Shown here piece after piece: positions 10,001-19,800 of a stretch of 64,000 bases of DNA. A program made the position numbers and the translations under genes. This stretch comes from a virus (Duplodnaviria; Heunggongvirae; Uroviricota; Caudoviricetes). Each line of letters begins with the position of its first letter. Position 1 is the stretch's first letter. The stretch spans positions 243,595 through 307,594 of the IMG/VR virus record IMGVR_UViG_3300033405_000002; one strand, 5' to 3'. The notes below the pieces were generated by a model, which saw nothing but the letters and a program-made list of their open reading frames with translations, made no database searches and had not been told where the DNA came from.

Positions 10001-11831
10001 ATCTTATCAGCAGGATTATTGGACTGCGCCTGATCTAACTACGTCTAACCGTCTCGCGTGGGTTTTCCCGTTCATGCTTACGGACAATTACGTTACCTTC
10101 TTACGTCCAACCATGTCAGAACTGGACAACCTTCCGGGCAATGCAACCTACGGTCGTTCCGCCGCGCAGAGCATCTGTTACCTACCGACATACTGGAAGT
10201 GGACAGGATCGCAATGGGTGATGGCTAACAACTGGGCTGATGCGGTTGCCAATCCGTACTCCGTACCAAACACAGCAGGCACTCCAATACCGCTGCCATA
10301 CGGTTTACAGGTAGCATTTGGACAGTCAAACTCTGATTCTTACACACAGAACGAGTTCCACACGTTCAACCTGTGCTGGGGCAACACAAAGTACGCCCGC
10401 AAGATGCGCCAATCGTGGGCGCAGTTTGCTGGTCAATCATTCCAGAACCAAGAGACGCGCACTGTCGCGAGTCAGAATGCTCTCAGTCTGAATTTCATCG
10501 ACACCGATACAGGGGCGATTACTTGGACAGCGCCAACAAGCACCAGCCCCTCGCCGCAAACCGCGACGTTGACCACACCGAGCTTAGGCTGGGCAACGCA
10601 GGCGTACTGGAACATGTTTGACACGAACAATAATGCGTTCGGCGCTACGCCGCTGTCCTTGGTGTGGACACCGAACACTTTCCAACAGGGGTCATTTGTC
10701 TATCAACCACCACAAGTGGCACCAACGTCAAGTGGCGGGTTTTACAATTGGACAGTTAACGGCAATGCTTACGCATCTCAGTCTAGCGGTGACTCAACCC
10801 CGTCTTGGTACGCGTTCAGTGGTTGTCCGCAAAATTACTGGAACAGTAACTTCAGCGGCGGCGGCATGTGGATCACGATCAAGCTACCCACAGCAACAAC
10901 GGTGCTGTCTTACGGCTTCCGTAACGTGTGGCAGAACGAGGGCGCACCGAGCGAGTATGTTCCGTCATCGTGGACACTGCAAGGCTCAAACGACAACAGC
11001 ACTTGGACGCCAATAGATTCCCGTTCAGGGGTTTCTCCGATGCGTAGCGTTGCTTACAACGTATCAGCACCCGGTTCTTATCAATACTACCGCTTGTTCA
11101 TCAACGCAATCGGTTATCAGACATCCATTGCGATGTTCAGGCTGAGCACCGCCGTGCTGCAAAACACATGCAGCTTTGTTGACTTAGCCCTTTACGCATA
11201 CGGTTCGTCTGTATCCTCGTCTTACATTTACCCGTGGATTCGCAACTGGCAGATGTCCCGTGGTTACACGTTCCAAGTTAGCACTACGCCAAGCCCTGTG
11301 TACCCAACGAACTACACCACGATTACACCGTTGTGGCGCTCGCACAACGGCTATGTGTTTTCATTCAATCGTCAGACGAACATCACCGGACTGGCAATTA
11401 CGGTGCAGTCTGGCTATTTCTGGAACAACAACCCGAATCAGGTTGGTTTTGGCCCGTTCTATTTGCTCGACTACGGTGTGAATCAAACAACCTTGAACTC
11501 CGCTCGTCTTGGAATTTCTACGGCAGCGGTGGGAACGCCGCAGATCGCCAGCTTCGATCCGAACTGTCTCGGTGTCGCTACAGACGTGCCAGACATCAGC
11601 ATCGACGGTAACAGCCCGAATCTACTTTCGCCATACGCGATCTATGAAGACAACGCGGTTCATGGCTTCTGGGATTTCCAAGCTGTTCCGGCGAATCAGT
11701 TCAAGCTACACCCGTTCTTTGGGTTTATGTTCTTCGAAGGGAACGGCACCGACAACGGTTCAGCCTATGGTGCGTTGAACGGCAGCGGAACAAACGCAGT
11801 CATCAACTACCAGTGGGGTCGTCGAATCTAA
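7011..11831 (+). CDS. Large tail/baseplate or receptor-binding protein with discoidin (F5/8 type C)-like domain
   Basis: ATG at 7011 preferred over 6993; about 1600 aa, N/T/G/S/Y-rich; three FLNGQ-type beta repeats; WITIKLP...SYGFRN...PSSWTLQGSNDNSTWTPID is discoidin-like. Confidence 0.7.
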   Translation: MGIHPFQIADLNSQFVGNFGGGAPSGSIASEFALVSDNINGGLSRYLKIMGAWSNVAIGTTNTTADSYDQVTGPGNNGSEAPPARPNAGYFMRELAFAGFNTNLIAGGARNGYIGSYVGGILHLDYTHDSNPGVSTNTPPGVDYETIYGHGIHEGWPQGAYIGSQWLDSVNNPLNDGSGTLTNSGSVYTRTAYMPPSYFLMFIDSAGSQTIGSGNVKFHFENRPSLRMGGFYDGNQSGSYQPVWAGSQIYANPSTVSAWLSDPIVNYAGLNYSTNNYHEYYQVTGQRALNSRGLSFHLAKVFDNGYYAFAYPFEEDGQTLGTGITLSGSNISYPYTYVNDQTEYAWAGGRDKGCVIESVISSGTTVTFNVYGGQAFSTGEIVLIQGLSNGNNRWLNGQLVTVNSGATTTQFTATVTGPTYGQTGDYGVAVFNPDFRVRNAATFVINEEYYGLVMDTKCSIWSNKSSMFPLLFFDLANLWTGSTAKRIGGVAVTGVNPGTITSVAVTSNVATVTVNNNYQAGQLVYIQGLTGATFLNGQTLTVLTASPTQFTAAFTISNYGPTLDNGTAGGYKVWFISEDGVLAVYDFTQANGALSLTGTNAPAPATGEAYGSLAVSADHTTIYALYGTMTADPRTTQTGLASARIGILPYTISTGTWGAATYSTLTGRHNGRNLHEMIVARDGKIYILCEDVSFSAGTVKNAYPYTAGVTAPITQIQVAGNVLTVTATNSFVAGQVISINDSDIYQLSNDDWYFTILPTGLSSSQFEVIWNGQSNYGPNADSGTVTLQQSVNWQVMAYDPVALQWNTSKINGGTTPIQYGGNFGCNGNKTTSGLNSPNDSINYWYYNCNAFLHDVASGQLLVQGNWTGNQLQMLNTSGSTASLSNTNLTYLQPTTIFPYDEFVGYAWLAMNNHGYSNQVNPTNDPVVFIHARDYATNADRTMVWINTLNVTPPGNPPDVPTYIAPPGYNWSSPTGLQLTHRNPSVNYGNLGGGYVTTSYQQDYWTAPDLTTSNRLAWVFPFMLTDNYVTFLRPTMSELDNLPGNATYGRSAAQSICYLPTYWKWTGSQWVMANNWADAVANPYSVPNTAGTPIPLPYGLQVAFGQSNSDSYTQNEFHTFNLCWGNTKYARKMRQSWAQFAGQSFQNQETRTVASQNALSLNFIDTDTGAITWTAPTSTSPSPQTATLTTPSLGWATQAYWNMFDTNNNAFGATPLSLVWTPNTFQQGSFVYQPPQVAPTSSGGFYNWTVNGNAYASQSSGDSTPSWYAFSGCPQNYWNSNFSGGGMWITIKLPTATTVLSYGFRNVWQNEGAPSEYVPSSWTLQGSNDNSTWTPIDSRSGVSPMRSVAYNVSAPGSYQYYRLFINAIGYQTSIAMFRLSTAVLQNTCSFVDLALYAYGSSVSSSYIYPWIRNWQMSRGYTFQVSTTPSPVYPTNYTTITPLWRSHNGYVFSFNRQTNITGLAITVQSGYFWNNNPNQVGFGPFYLLDYGVNQTTLNSARLGISTAAVGTPQIASFDPNCLGVATDVPDISIDGNSPNLLSPYAIYEDNAVHGFWDFQAVPANQFKLHPFFGFMFFEGNGTDNGSAYGALNGSGTNAVINYQWGRRI

Positions 11832-11840
11832 GGGAGTGCC

Positions 11841-12506
11841 ATGCCAACTTCAGGAATTCCGCTCAACAACTATTGGGTTGTGACGCCGACCTCGCAATTC
11901 ACCACCAAGGCGTATGGCAACTTGGCGGGCACTGATTTGTTTTTTTACGTGAATGACACGGGCGCACTCGTGGTTGTAAACCAGAATAGCGCGTCCGTAT
12001 CCGCACACCCACCGGACGGTGCGTCTGCACCGGGGTCAATTACCTACACGCTGGCTCCTGCGGCAAAATGGGTGGATTGTGTTTCCGTGGCACCATACGG
12101 CACCGTGCATACTTACTACGCCGATCCTAGCGGGACAATCTGGTACATCCCGTACTCAGCATTTCCCGGCAGAGCTTCAGCCACACAGGTGACAACTGTA
12201 AACGCTGTCACATTCTCGGTCGCGCACCTTCCAAACTCTACGCCGAACGCATTTGTGATGATCGTGGATGACGGCATTCGTCATTGGCTTTACGTAGCCA
12301 CTGACCCACTTTTCCAGAACTTGTTGAACCCGGCAGTTGCGGTTTACAACAACAGCTTGGATCAGTCAATCTACGTTACGCGCCCGTCTATCTCAATGCA
12401 CCCGAATGACACGACACTTGCTACGGTTTCGTGTCATGAGATCATCATTCAAACCAGTTTGTCCGACGTCGGCTTCTACGAAATTGAAATTCCGGGAGTA
12501 AGTTAA
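11841..12506 (+). CDS. Putative virion structural protein
   Basis: 221 aa, RBS GGGAG, same operon and composition as upstream structural genes. Confidence 0.6.
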   Translation: MPTSGIPLNNYWVVTPTSQFTTKAYGNLAGTDLFFYVNDTGALVVVNQNSASVSAHPPDGASAPGSITYTLAPAAKWVDCVSVAPYGTVHTYYADPSGTIWYIPYSAFPGRASATQVTTVNAVTFSVAHLPNSTPNAFVMIVDDGIRHWLYVATDPLFQNLLNPAVAVYNNSLDQSIYVTRPSISMHPNDTTLATVSCHEIIIQTSLSDVGFYEIEIPGVS

Positions 12507-12844
12507 TGGCCTTACTTCCAAGTTTCGCGATCATCGCAGAGTACAGCCCGACAGGTGACAGCGGCCTCACACCAGAGATCAACGCTTTCTTCTCGATCCC
12601 GGCGTCAACCGCCCCCGGTCAATCTGTCACGCTGATCTGGTATACGACGAACGTTCCGCAGGTGGGGATCACTGGAAACAATGGCATTGACCCGCCTCTG
12701 AACACTGGCTTGCTACCAAGTGCTGTAGGATCAGGAACTTACGTGGTTAGTTTCACGCACACAATTACGTTGACACTCACGGCGTATGACGCGATAGGGA
12801 ACCCGCTGGGGATCACGAAGAGTATCACGGTGACTATCACGTGA
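12506..12844 (+). CDS. Small Ig-like virion protein
   Basis: 112 aa; PGQSVTLIWYTTN...TITLTLTAYD...TKSITVTIT Ig/PKD-like strand pattern. Confidence 0.6.
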   Translation: MALLPSFAIIAEYSPTGDSGLTPEINAFFSIPASTAPGQSVTLIWYTTNVPQVGITGNNGIDPPLNTGLLPSAVGSGTYVVSFTHTITLTLTAYDAIGNPLGITKSITVTIT

Positions 12845-12925
12845 CGCTTCGCAAGTTGTAGAAATCCCAACTACTGACCCTTTTTGTAGGGGTCGTAATT
12901 CCCCTATTCGCGAAAAGGAAATCCA

Positions 12926-13162
12926 ATGGCCAAAAAGATCGCAAAAATCGACGCAGACGCAATGAACTCACTGTATGCCAGCGAGTTCGAGCGCATCTCT
13001 GGTTCCAAGGTCGCCGCAGCAGGCGATGTGAAGGATCAGAATGGCGCACCAGAAGCACCACAGGCATTCAAGGATCATGATGAGTACCTTGATCTTCTTC
13101 AGTCCGTATTGAAGGAAGATGCCTCGGAAGACTTCAACCCCAACGACACCAAGCTCGACTAA
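12926..13162 (+). CDS. Small acidic protein with KxA motif (putative head protein)
   Basis: 78 aa, RBS AAGGA, SKVAAAGD motif. Confidence 0.65.
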   Translation: MAKKIAKIDADAMNSLYASEFERISGSKVAAAGDVKDQNGAPEAPQAFKDHDEYLDLLQSVLKEDASEDFNPNDTKLD

Positions 13163-13171
13163 GGAAGCACA

Positions 13172-16100
13172 ATGAAGTACGCCGCAAAAATCCTCGGCGC
13201 TGCAATGGCAGAGCCGAAGAAGGCGGACTTGAGCAAGCTTTCCAAACTAGAGCCGGGTCAGATCGTCAGGACTATCGACGGGTCTGCCTTCCGTGTTCGG
13301 TCCAAGATCGACGGGCCAGACGGATTCGTCTTCAAGCTGGCAACCCTTGCAGGAAAGCCTGTCCAGACACCCGCCGACTTTCGTCCGGTAGGTCTCGCTA
13401 TGGCGCGGTTCGCGTCATGGCTGAAGTGGAAGCTCGCCTACAACCACAACTTCGACATGTACGTGAACTCGTACATCGAGCAGTTCAATCAGCAACACCC
13501 AGACACCCCACTCCCCGTTCCGGTCATCGGTCGTGACGGGAAGCCCATGCAGTGGGCGAAGTGGTTCCAATCCGCAATCGTCCCGAAGCTTCATGTCCCA
13601 CAAAAGGGTGAAACGGGAGATGAACTGAAAGACGAAGCAATCCACGAGATGCTTTTCACGTCTTTTGGTCAGCGGCACATCCTTGAGCAGTTCGCCAAGA
13701 AAATCAAAAACCTTGGTGACGAAGCCCACAAGCAGGACTTGTCCCCGCAGCTTCGTGCTTTTCTTATCAGCACCTTCCTGTACCGCGTGAGCGAGATGCG
13801 CGAGAAACTCCAGCGTATGCACCCTGTAACCGGGGACGAAGAATACGACCTTGAGTACCTGCACAAAAAGCTGAGAAACACACGTGACCCCGGCCTCAAA
13901 GAAGAGTTGGAGCGCGAGATCGAACGATTGACTGGCTACGCTGGTGGTTCCCGCGAAGTACCAATGGTTCAGCCGTCTGAAGAAGATGAAGGCGCGGAAG
14001 TTAATATCCTCGAAACGCCGGAGCACGGTGTCGGCGAAGCAGATTTTGAGAGCATAGAAGCTCAACGCGACATCGCCAAATTCCGCGAAGGCTTCTACAA
14101 GTGGCTGAAGGGCACACAAGGTAAAGCGGCGAACGGCTACGCTTTCATGTTCGACCTGATCTGGGTCTTAGTATCTAAAGGGGACGAAGACTTTAAGCGT
14201 GGCGATCTGGAAGAAGTTTGGAAGCAGAAGACAGGGCTGAGCACGGGTTCATTCAAGGAATATTACACGAACCTTCCCGCCATGCTTGAAAAATATGTCG
14301 CCCTACATAATGACGAGCTTGAAGGTAACATAATTCTCGATCTCATGGATGTCATTCGCCAAGAGCGCGAAAGACGGACTAAGGCAGAGCGCCGTAAGCA
14401 GAAAGCCCAGCCAGCGACAGCATCTCTCAATCTCGCGGCATCTGACGAAGAATTGCCGTGGCTTGAAGAGATGGCAGTTGACAAAAAGGGCGCACAGAAA
14501 ACGGCCGATGAATACGAAGATCATGTGAAGCGTGTTGATCCGAATTATCAGGAAGAAAAAGATTCCTACGACTTCCCCAAGAATTGGAAGGAAGAAGAGA
14601 CGGAGGAAACTCACGATAAGAAAAAGAAGAAGACCGCAAAGCTGGTCGCTGGGACAGAGCTTACGCCGGAGATGCGCAAGCAAGTTCAAGACGCTTTCAT
14701 TTATCGCTGGACTTTAGACAATCCGCGCCGCGCTGACGTATACCACTGCGATAAGTGCGACGTCGCCAATCAGCCCTACGTCAACGAGCAGTCCGCCGAA
14801 GGTCACCAGCATCCGACCATTCCAATGATCTCTGACGATCAATGGATTCAAGAACACTCATTTTACTTCACGAACGATGGTCGCTTGCAAGCCCGCCGTC
14901 ACGCTCAGCCCGCGTATCTAGCACAGCACAACGCGAGCCGTGTTGCATCTGTTGCGCAGAAGTTTGCGGTGGAGAAGGCAGCGTGGAATCCCGGCGAAGG
15001 TCAGTGCCGTGAGTGCGGCGCTCCATTAAACAACGCTGAAGGTACGCTCTGTGGTCAGTGCTTGGCGGAGGGCGCTGAAGATCGCTTAGACCCTTTCGAC
15101 AAGTTTTCAGCCTGTCATCACATCAAGACCATCTGCCGTAAGTGCGGTAACGTTCAAACCTGCCGTTGCTCGACCCCCAAAGTTTCCTCGTTCGTAGACT
15201 CATGCTCGAACTGCAAAGAAGCTATGCTTGGTCATGACTTTGACAACGCCGATGGTCAAGCAATCCGTGACGAAACTTATCCCGATACAGGCTTCACGAT
15301 GAACGAAGCCGATACTACGGAGTTCAAAGAGCCGCGTGTCGCTGGTATCAGTGATCGCTATATGACACCGCAGCAAATGGTGCAAGAGTTCAACCGACCG
15401 GGCGGTCAGGGCGATCAACTACGCTCCGAAGAACATTTTGAAAAAGAAGAAGTACCGATTACCACCAAAATGCGTCGCGGCTTAGGTGATCCGGCTATTC
15501 CCCGCAAGGAAGGCGCTGGCTCCAACAGCGGAGATGACGACGTGCGTGGCGTAGGCGACTTGTGGCACGAGCTTTTCTACGGAGATCGCTTACAGCAAAT
15601 TTCAGGTAAAGCAATGGTAGACGGCATGGAGAAAGAGAGTGCTGTCGCCGCGCCGGAGAACTGGCAATGTCAGAACTGCGGTCATGAAGGTATGATGACC
15701 ACCAGCGGGAAATGTGAAGCGTGTGGTTCAGAAGCCTTGGTGAGCACGCTCCCGGCGAAGCCGGAGCACGCACGTCCCGGTATCGGCGAGCATAGCACAG
15801 GACGTTTCCCGGCTGAGAAGACAGGACAAGGCAGTGGAAATACAACGGTCACCATGCAGGAGCAGAATGTGACCACGCCATCAACCCAGAATAAAGGCGA
15901 ACCGATGGCGGTGCCGGATGCGATTGACCAGAACCCCGGCCCACACAGCCCGAATGCACCGTATCTCGCGCCACGCACGCCGAACATCCAGCCGCGCATC
16001 GTGAATGTTCCGAGCGGAACCCAAGCTGAGTCTTTGGCATCTTCAACCGCCAGTAAGCAGGGTTCTGAGGACGCTGACTGGAACGATGACATCCGTCCAG

Positions 16101-16975
16101 AAGATATTGACACTCATCCCGGCGAAGAAGCTGAGGATGAAGAACAGTGTCCACAGTGCGAAGGCTACAACACAGAAGTTGCACAGACAGAAGAAGGCAA
16201 CGAGCTTTACTGCCATGACTGCGCAGCGGTTACTGACATGTGGTTCCCCGGCACCCGCCCTGACTTAGAGTCTGAAAAAGTTCAAGAACCGTTCCACTGG
16301 CACGGCCCCGAGCCGACCAAAGTAAAAGAGCAGACCATTCCGGGTGAAGAACACTCAACCACGGATGACATGGATTTTCATCGCTTTATGAAAAGCATTG
16401 GAGCTTCCAAGCGTAAGATTGCTGTGCATTACACGCCCGAAGGTGAAGAACTTCCCGCTGATTACAACCCGGCAGACTATGACATCGACCCCTTCTCGGT
16501 TTCGAGCATGAGCGATCAGGAAAAGGAAAACTACCTGCTTAGCCACGGCTGGCTTAAAGAGAACGAGCACCACGGCGCAACGTGGTGGATGGGGCAGCAG
16601 ATGTGGTGGAAGGAAGGTTACGAGGAAGAAATCCCGTACCAGAGCACCGATGACGCTATGGAAAAGGAACTTGACCTTCAGGAAGCCGCAGCCGAGCGTT
16701 TGATGAAGCAGGGTGCCGCACCAGTCACCGTCAACCCAAACGTCGCCCAGCAGGAAGCCTTGCACGCGCAACAGACCAATCAAGGCGTTGCCGGACCTCC
16801 AGCCGCCGTTGCGATCATGCCGGGACAGGGACAGCAGCAAGGGCCGGAAGAGACCACCATTGGCAGGCACACGGTTGAGCCGGAGCTTCCGAACGCAAAC
16901 TATCACATGCAGAGCAGCCTAGCGGCTGCCGAAGAAGAACGCTTGCTTAAAGAAGCGGGTCTCGAAGAAAGCTAA
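13172..16975 (+). CDS. Large mosaic polyprotein (sigma-like domain, several Zn ribbons, KxA motifs)
   Basis: 1267 aa; multiple CxxC...CxxC pairs; domains separated by KTA/KEA/RVA/KIA-type motifs. Confidence 0.75.
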   Translation: MKYAAKILGAAMAEPKKADLSKLSKLEPGQIVRTIDGSAFRVRSKIDGPDGFVFKLATLAGKPVQTPADFRPVGLAMARFASWLKWKLAYNHNFDMYVNSYIEQFNQQHPDTPLPVPVIGRDGKPMQWAKWFQSAIVPKLHVPQKGETGDELKDEAIHEMLFTSFGQRHILEQFAKKIKNLGDEAHKQDLSPQLRAFLISTFLYRVSEMREKLQRMHPVTGDEEYDLEYLHKKLRNTRDPGLKEELEREIERLTGYAGGSREVPMVQPSEEDEGAEVNILETPEHGVGEADFESIEAQRDIAKFREGFYKWLKGTQGKAANGYAFMFDLIWVLVSKGDEDFKRGDLEEVWKQKTGLSTGSFKEYYTNLPAMLEKYVALHNDELEGNIILDLMDVIRQERERRTKAERRKQKAQPATASLNLAASDEELPWLEEMAVDKKGAQKTADEYEDHVKRVDPNYQEEKDSYDFPKNWKEEETEETHDKKKKKTAKLVAGTELTPEMRKQVQDAFIYRWTLDNPRRADVYHCDKCDVANQPYVNEQSAEGHQHPTIPMISDDQWIQEHSFYFTNDGRLQARRHAQPAYLAQHNASRVASVAQKFAVEKAAWNPGEGQCRECGAPLNNAEGTLCGQCLAEGAEDRLDPFDKFSACHHIKTICRKCGNVQTCRCSTPKVSSFVDSCSNCKEAMLGHDFDNADGQAIRDETYPDTGFTMNEADTTEFKEPRVAGISDRYMTPQQMVQEFNRPGGQGDQLRSEEHFEKEEVPITTKMRRGLGDPAIPRKEGAGSNSGDDDVRGVGDLWHELFYGDRLQQISGKAMVDGMEKESAVAAPENWQCQNCGHEGMMTTSGKCEACGSEALVSTLPAKPEHARPGIGEHSTGRFPAEKTGQGSGNTTVTMQEQNVTTPSTQNKGEPMAVPDAIDQNPGPHSPNAPYLAPRTPNIQPRIVNVPSGTQAESLASSTASKQGSEDADWNDDIRPEDIDTHPGEEAEDEEQCPQCEGYNTEVAQTEEGNELYCHDCAAVTDMWFPGTRPDLESEKVQEPFHWHGPEPTKVKEQTIPGEEHSTTDDMDFHRFMKSIGASKRKIAVHYTPEGEELPADYNPADYDIDPFSVSSMSDQEKENYLLSHGWLKENEHHGATWWMGQQMWWKEGYEEEIPYQSTDDAMEKELDLQEAAAERLMKQGAAPVTVNPNVAQQEALHAQQTNQGVAGPPAAVAIMPGQGQQQGPEETTIGRHTVEPELPNANYHMQSSLAAAEEERLLKEAGLEES

Positions 16976-17006
16976 TTACCAAACCCATTAGGAGAGGGGC
17001 TATTTT

Positions 17007-17990
17007 ATGGCAAATCCAGCAGAAATTCGTAAGAAGATTGAGGCCCGCAAGGTCGCAAAGCAGGCAGCACAGAAGGCAAAGTTCGCCAAGATGCGTCACG
17101 TCGCGGAGAACGAGCCGATGGGAGTCGAGAAAGACCTGACCCAGCTTGCCGATGCGTGCGCAGCGCAGGCGGAAGCGTTTGAAAACCTGAAAGAGAACCT
17201 TGACCTGATCCTAGCCCCCAAAGAAGCGTCGTTGAAGATTCGTGTTGCAGCCGCACGCAATTACGCTAAGTCCTTTAAGCGCATCGCGGAAGAGGCCCCC
17301 GAACAACTGGCGGAAGCTCTCTCCGAAGCCTACCACAGCCTTGATGAACAGGCTGGCGCTCTTGAGCAACTGGCTGGCACCCTAGGCATTGACCTTGGCG
17401 CGACTCCAACCGAAGAAGCATTCGCACAAGAAGGCATCCAAGAACTGAACGAAGCCGATGAAGAAGGCGTCCCCGTTGGCGACGTACCGGAGCCGGGAAT
17501 GGAAGACGGCGAAGAGAAGGAAGCAGCCGGAGACGGCAGCGCCGGATTCGTGACCGACCGTGGTGCAGACGGCAACCCGAAGAAGCCAGAAGAAGTCAAT
17601 GTTCCCCGCGTGGCAGCGGGCGGCGGTGAGGCTGGATTCGTGACCGACCGTGACAACAAAGGCAAGCCGGAGCGTCCGGCGAAGGTTGAAATCCCACAAG
17701 CGCAAGGCAAGTCTGAAGCGCTTGGAAACAAAGGTGGTTCAACGAAAGGCGAGCCAGCAGCCAAGTTTGTGAAAGACATTCCTCAAGCACAAGGCAAGGC
17801 GGAAGTTGGCGCAGGGAAATCTTCTGCGCAGAATAAGCCAATGAAACAGATCGTGCCGTCTGGCACACCGACTGGCTTACCCGCCGAATCCTTCGTGAAG
17901 GACATTCCGCAGTCGCAGGGTAGTTCTGAGCTTAACAAGTCAGCAAGGACAGCCCCCGCCCGCAGAACAGCCGCTCGCGGGAGCCTTTGA
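17007..17990 (+). CDS. Repetitive scaffold-like head protein
   Basis: 327 aa; helical N-terminus, repeats GFVTDR x2 and [FV]-x-[KE]-[DE]IPQ[AS]QG x3, several KxA motifs. Confidence 0.55.
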   Translation: MANPAEIRKKIEARKVAKQAAQKAKFAKMRHVAENEPMGVEKDLTQLADACAAQAEAFENLKENLDLILAPKEASLKIRVAAARNYAKSFKRIAEEAPEQLAEALSEAYHSLDEQAGALEQLAGTLGIDLGATPTEEAFAQEGIQELNEADEEGVPVGDVPEPGMEDGEEKEAAGDGSAGFVTDRGADGNPKKPEEVNVPRVAAGGGEAGFVTDRDNKGKPERPAKVEIPQAQGKSEALGNKGGSTKGEPAAKFVKDIPQAQGKAEVGAGKSSAQNKPMKQIVPSGTPTGLPAESFVKDIPQSQGSSELNKSARTAPARRTAARGSL

Positions 17991-17999
17991 TAATTCGTC

Positions 18000-18029
18000 T
18001 GGACAAATAGGCCGCCGCGCACGTATACT
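18000..18029 (+). promoter_or_regulatory. Sigma70-like promoter TGGACA-N18-TATACT
   Basis: -35 at 18000-18005, -10 at 18024-18029, upstream of RBS GAGGTG and ATG 18046; the same pair recurs at 21887-21916. Confidence 0.65.
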
Positions 18030-18045
18030 TAGTCGAGGTGTCCAC

Positions 18046-18591
18046 ATGGCTGCAAAGGCACTCCTACGTGGAGATGTCGTTGAAATTCTGGAAGAAGGGC
18101 CCGGAACCCTAGTCAAGGTCGTGCGTGAAGGCGGCGATGAGTTCGATGCTTTCACGGTCAAGAAAACCGACCTAAAACCACTACCAAAGCCAAAGCGCGA
18201 AAAAGGCGCACCACAAGCCGCACCAGCGGAAACTCAAGAGATGAAGGATTTGGAAACTTACGTCGAAGGCGTGGGTTGCGTCATCCGCGTTGAGACCCGT
18301 CCCGATTATCGTCCAGCAGTCATCGCTCAATATGAAGCGGACGTGAAGCGCCCGATTACACCACAAGAAGAGAAAGCCATCATTGACATCCCGAACAGGA
18401 ACATCATCCCTGCGGAGTGGCGTACCACGTTCCCCGCGCCGCCGCCCGATGTGCAGGTGAACTATCCGCACGATGAGCGTCAGGGCATGTGGCGAGTCAA
18501 CTACAAAGACTTCGCTCGTTACCTGATCCTGAACGGATTCGTGCTAGGTACGAATCCACCGAAGCCACAAGCGGCTACCGCAACCGTTTAG
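18046..18591 (+). CDS. Hypothetical protein
   Basis: 181 aa with its own promoter and RBS GAGGTG. Confidence 0.7.
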   Translation: MAAKALLRGDVVEILEEGPGTLVKVVREGGDEFDAFTVKKTDLKPLPKPKREKGAPQAAPAETQEMKDLETYVEGVGCVIRVETRPDYRPAVIAQYEADVKRPITPQEEKAIIDIPNRNIIPAEWRTTFPAPPPDVQVNYPHDERQGMWRVNYKDFARYLILNGFVLGTNPPKPQAATATV

Positions 18592-19205
18592 TCTTCGGCT
18601 TCAAGTGCTTTCTGCTGCTCGATTCGAGCGTTTTTCAACGATTCAATATCCCCCGGCTTGCCGGAACTGAATTTCGTCGGCTCCGTGTAGGTACCTTCTG
18701 GTTTCGCGTCAAACACACTGATGAATTGACCGCGACCGAAGTACGTTCGCGGTTGCCAGACGTACAATCCAGTCAACTCAAACTTGTGCCATTTTTTCCA
18801 AAGCCCTTTCGGGTCGGCTGGGATAAACCAGTGCTGGAAGATAATGCGCTTGCTCGCCACGCGGGATAGCTCGCAGAGCAGGTCGTGGTTCCATTGAAAT
18901 TTGCCGTTGTATGGCGGATCACATAGCACGGACTCAAAAGACTCGTCAGGGAACGGGAGCTTCGCGGCGTCACATACGATGTCCGGCTTTACTTCCGGGT
19001 CGAAATCCGCTCGCACGTCACCAAGCGGCGAATGACCGCAGCAGACATGGAGAGATTTGGGGATGAGTAGAGTTGCTAAGACTTCACTGACTTCTTCAGG
19101 CCAAAGAACTTCCTTGACTGTGTAAAGGTGCTTCGTCCCTGCTAAGGGCACTGTGCCCCGCGTTGCATGAATTGCTGGCTGATTCTTGTAGGTCACTGTT
19201 CCCAT
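18588..19205 (-). CDS. SAM-dependent methyltransferase (DPPY amino-MTase type)
   Basis: LHVCCG...DFDPEVKPDIVCDAAKLPF...VLCDPPY. Confidence 0.75.
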   Translation of the reverse strand: MGTVTYKNQPAIHATRGTVPLAGTKHLYTVKEVLWPEEVSEVLATLLIPKSLHVCCGHSPLGDVRADFDPEVKPDIVCDAAKLPFPDESFESVLCDPPYNGKFQWNHDLLCELSRVASKRIIFQHWFIPADPKGLWKKWHKFELTGLYVWQPRTYFGRGQFISVFDAKPEGTYTEPTKFSSGKPGDIESLKNARIEQQKALEAED

Positions 19206-19800
19206 GCCAGCTAATACTGTACTTTTTTACAAGTTCTCTGACCTTTTCCCTCCCATGCCAGAATCTTTTTTGCTCCGGCTGGTTGTGCAGACAGGCGGGG
19301 GCATCCGAATTCGCCAAATTTCGGCCTATGCTGGTGGGTTCATACCGCATCGCTCGTGGTGCTCCGAGAAAATTGGCCCGCTTTGGGTTGCATAGGCCCG
19401 TGACGATCATGTCGCATTCGCGGTAGAAATAATCGTCACGCCCGTGCTCGTACTCGTAGATGTCAAGTGCTTCCATCGCGAGGTCTCGCTGGAAGATCGC
19501 ACCGTAACCAATCGTGGTGAATGGTGCGCGGTAGAGTAGGTTCCAACGGCAGTTGTGATGGGTAACGAAACGCCCATCCCAGCAGCGGATCAGTTTACTG
19601 AAATCAGTAACGAGAAAATCATCATCCTGCGTGTAAACCAATGGGTACTTGGCAAAGGACACCGCGTCAAAGCGACCGTAAACGGATCGGGAATCGGTAG
19701 TAACGATGATCTCCCCGAACCCAGACAGAGAGTCCATAATCTCCGGGCAGATCGCAGAGTCACGAGTGACCAAGCAAGCAGAGATGGATTTCAAGTCCAT
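19096..19800 (-). CDS. GT-A fold glycosyltransferase
   Basis: ISACLVTR...VYTQDDD (DxD)...GYGAIF...ECD; C-terminal tail overlaps the next gene. Confidence 0.65.
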   Translation of the reverse strand: MDLKSISACLVTRDSAICPEIMDSLSGFGEIIVTTDSRSVYGRFDAVSFAKYPLVYTQDDDFLVTDFSKLIRCWDGRFVTHHNCRWNLLYRAPFTTIGYGAIFQRDLAMEALDIYEYEHGRDDYFYRECDMIVTGLCNPKRANFLGAPRAMRYEPTSIGRNLANSDAPACLHNQPEQKRFWHGREKVRELVKKYSISWHGNSDLQESASNSCNAGHSALSRDEAPLHSQGSSLA

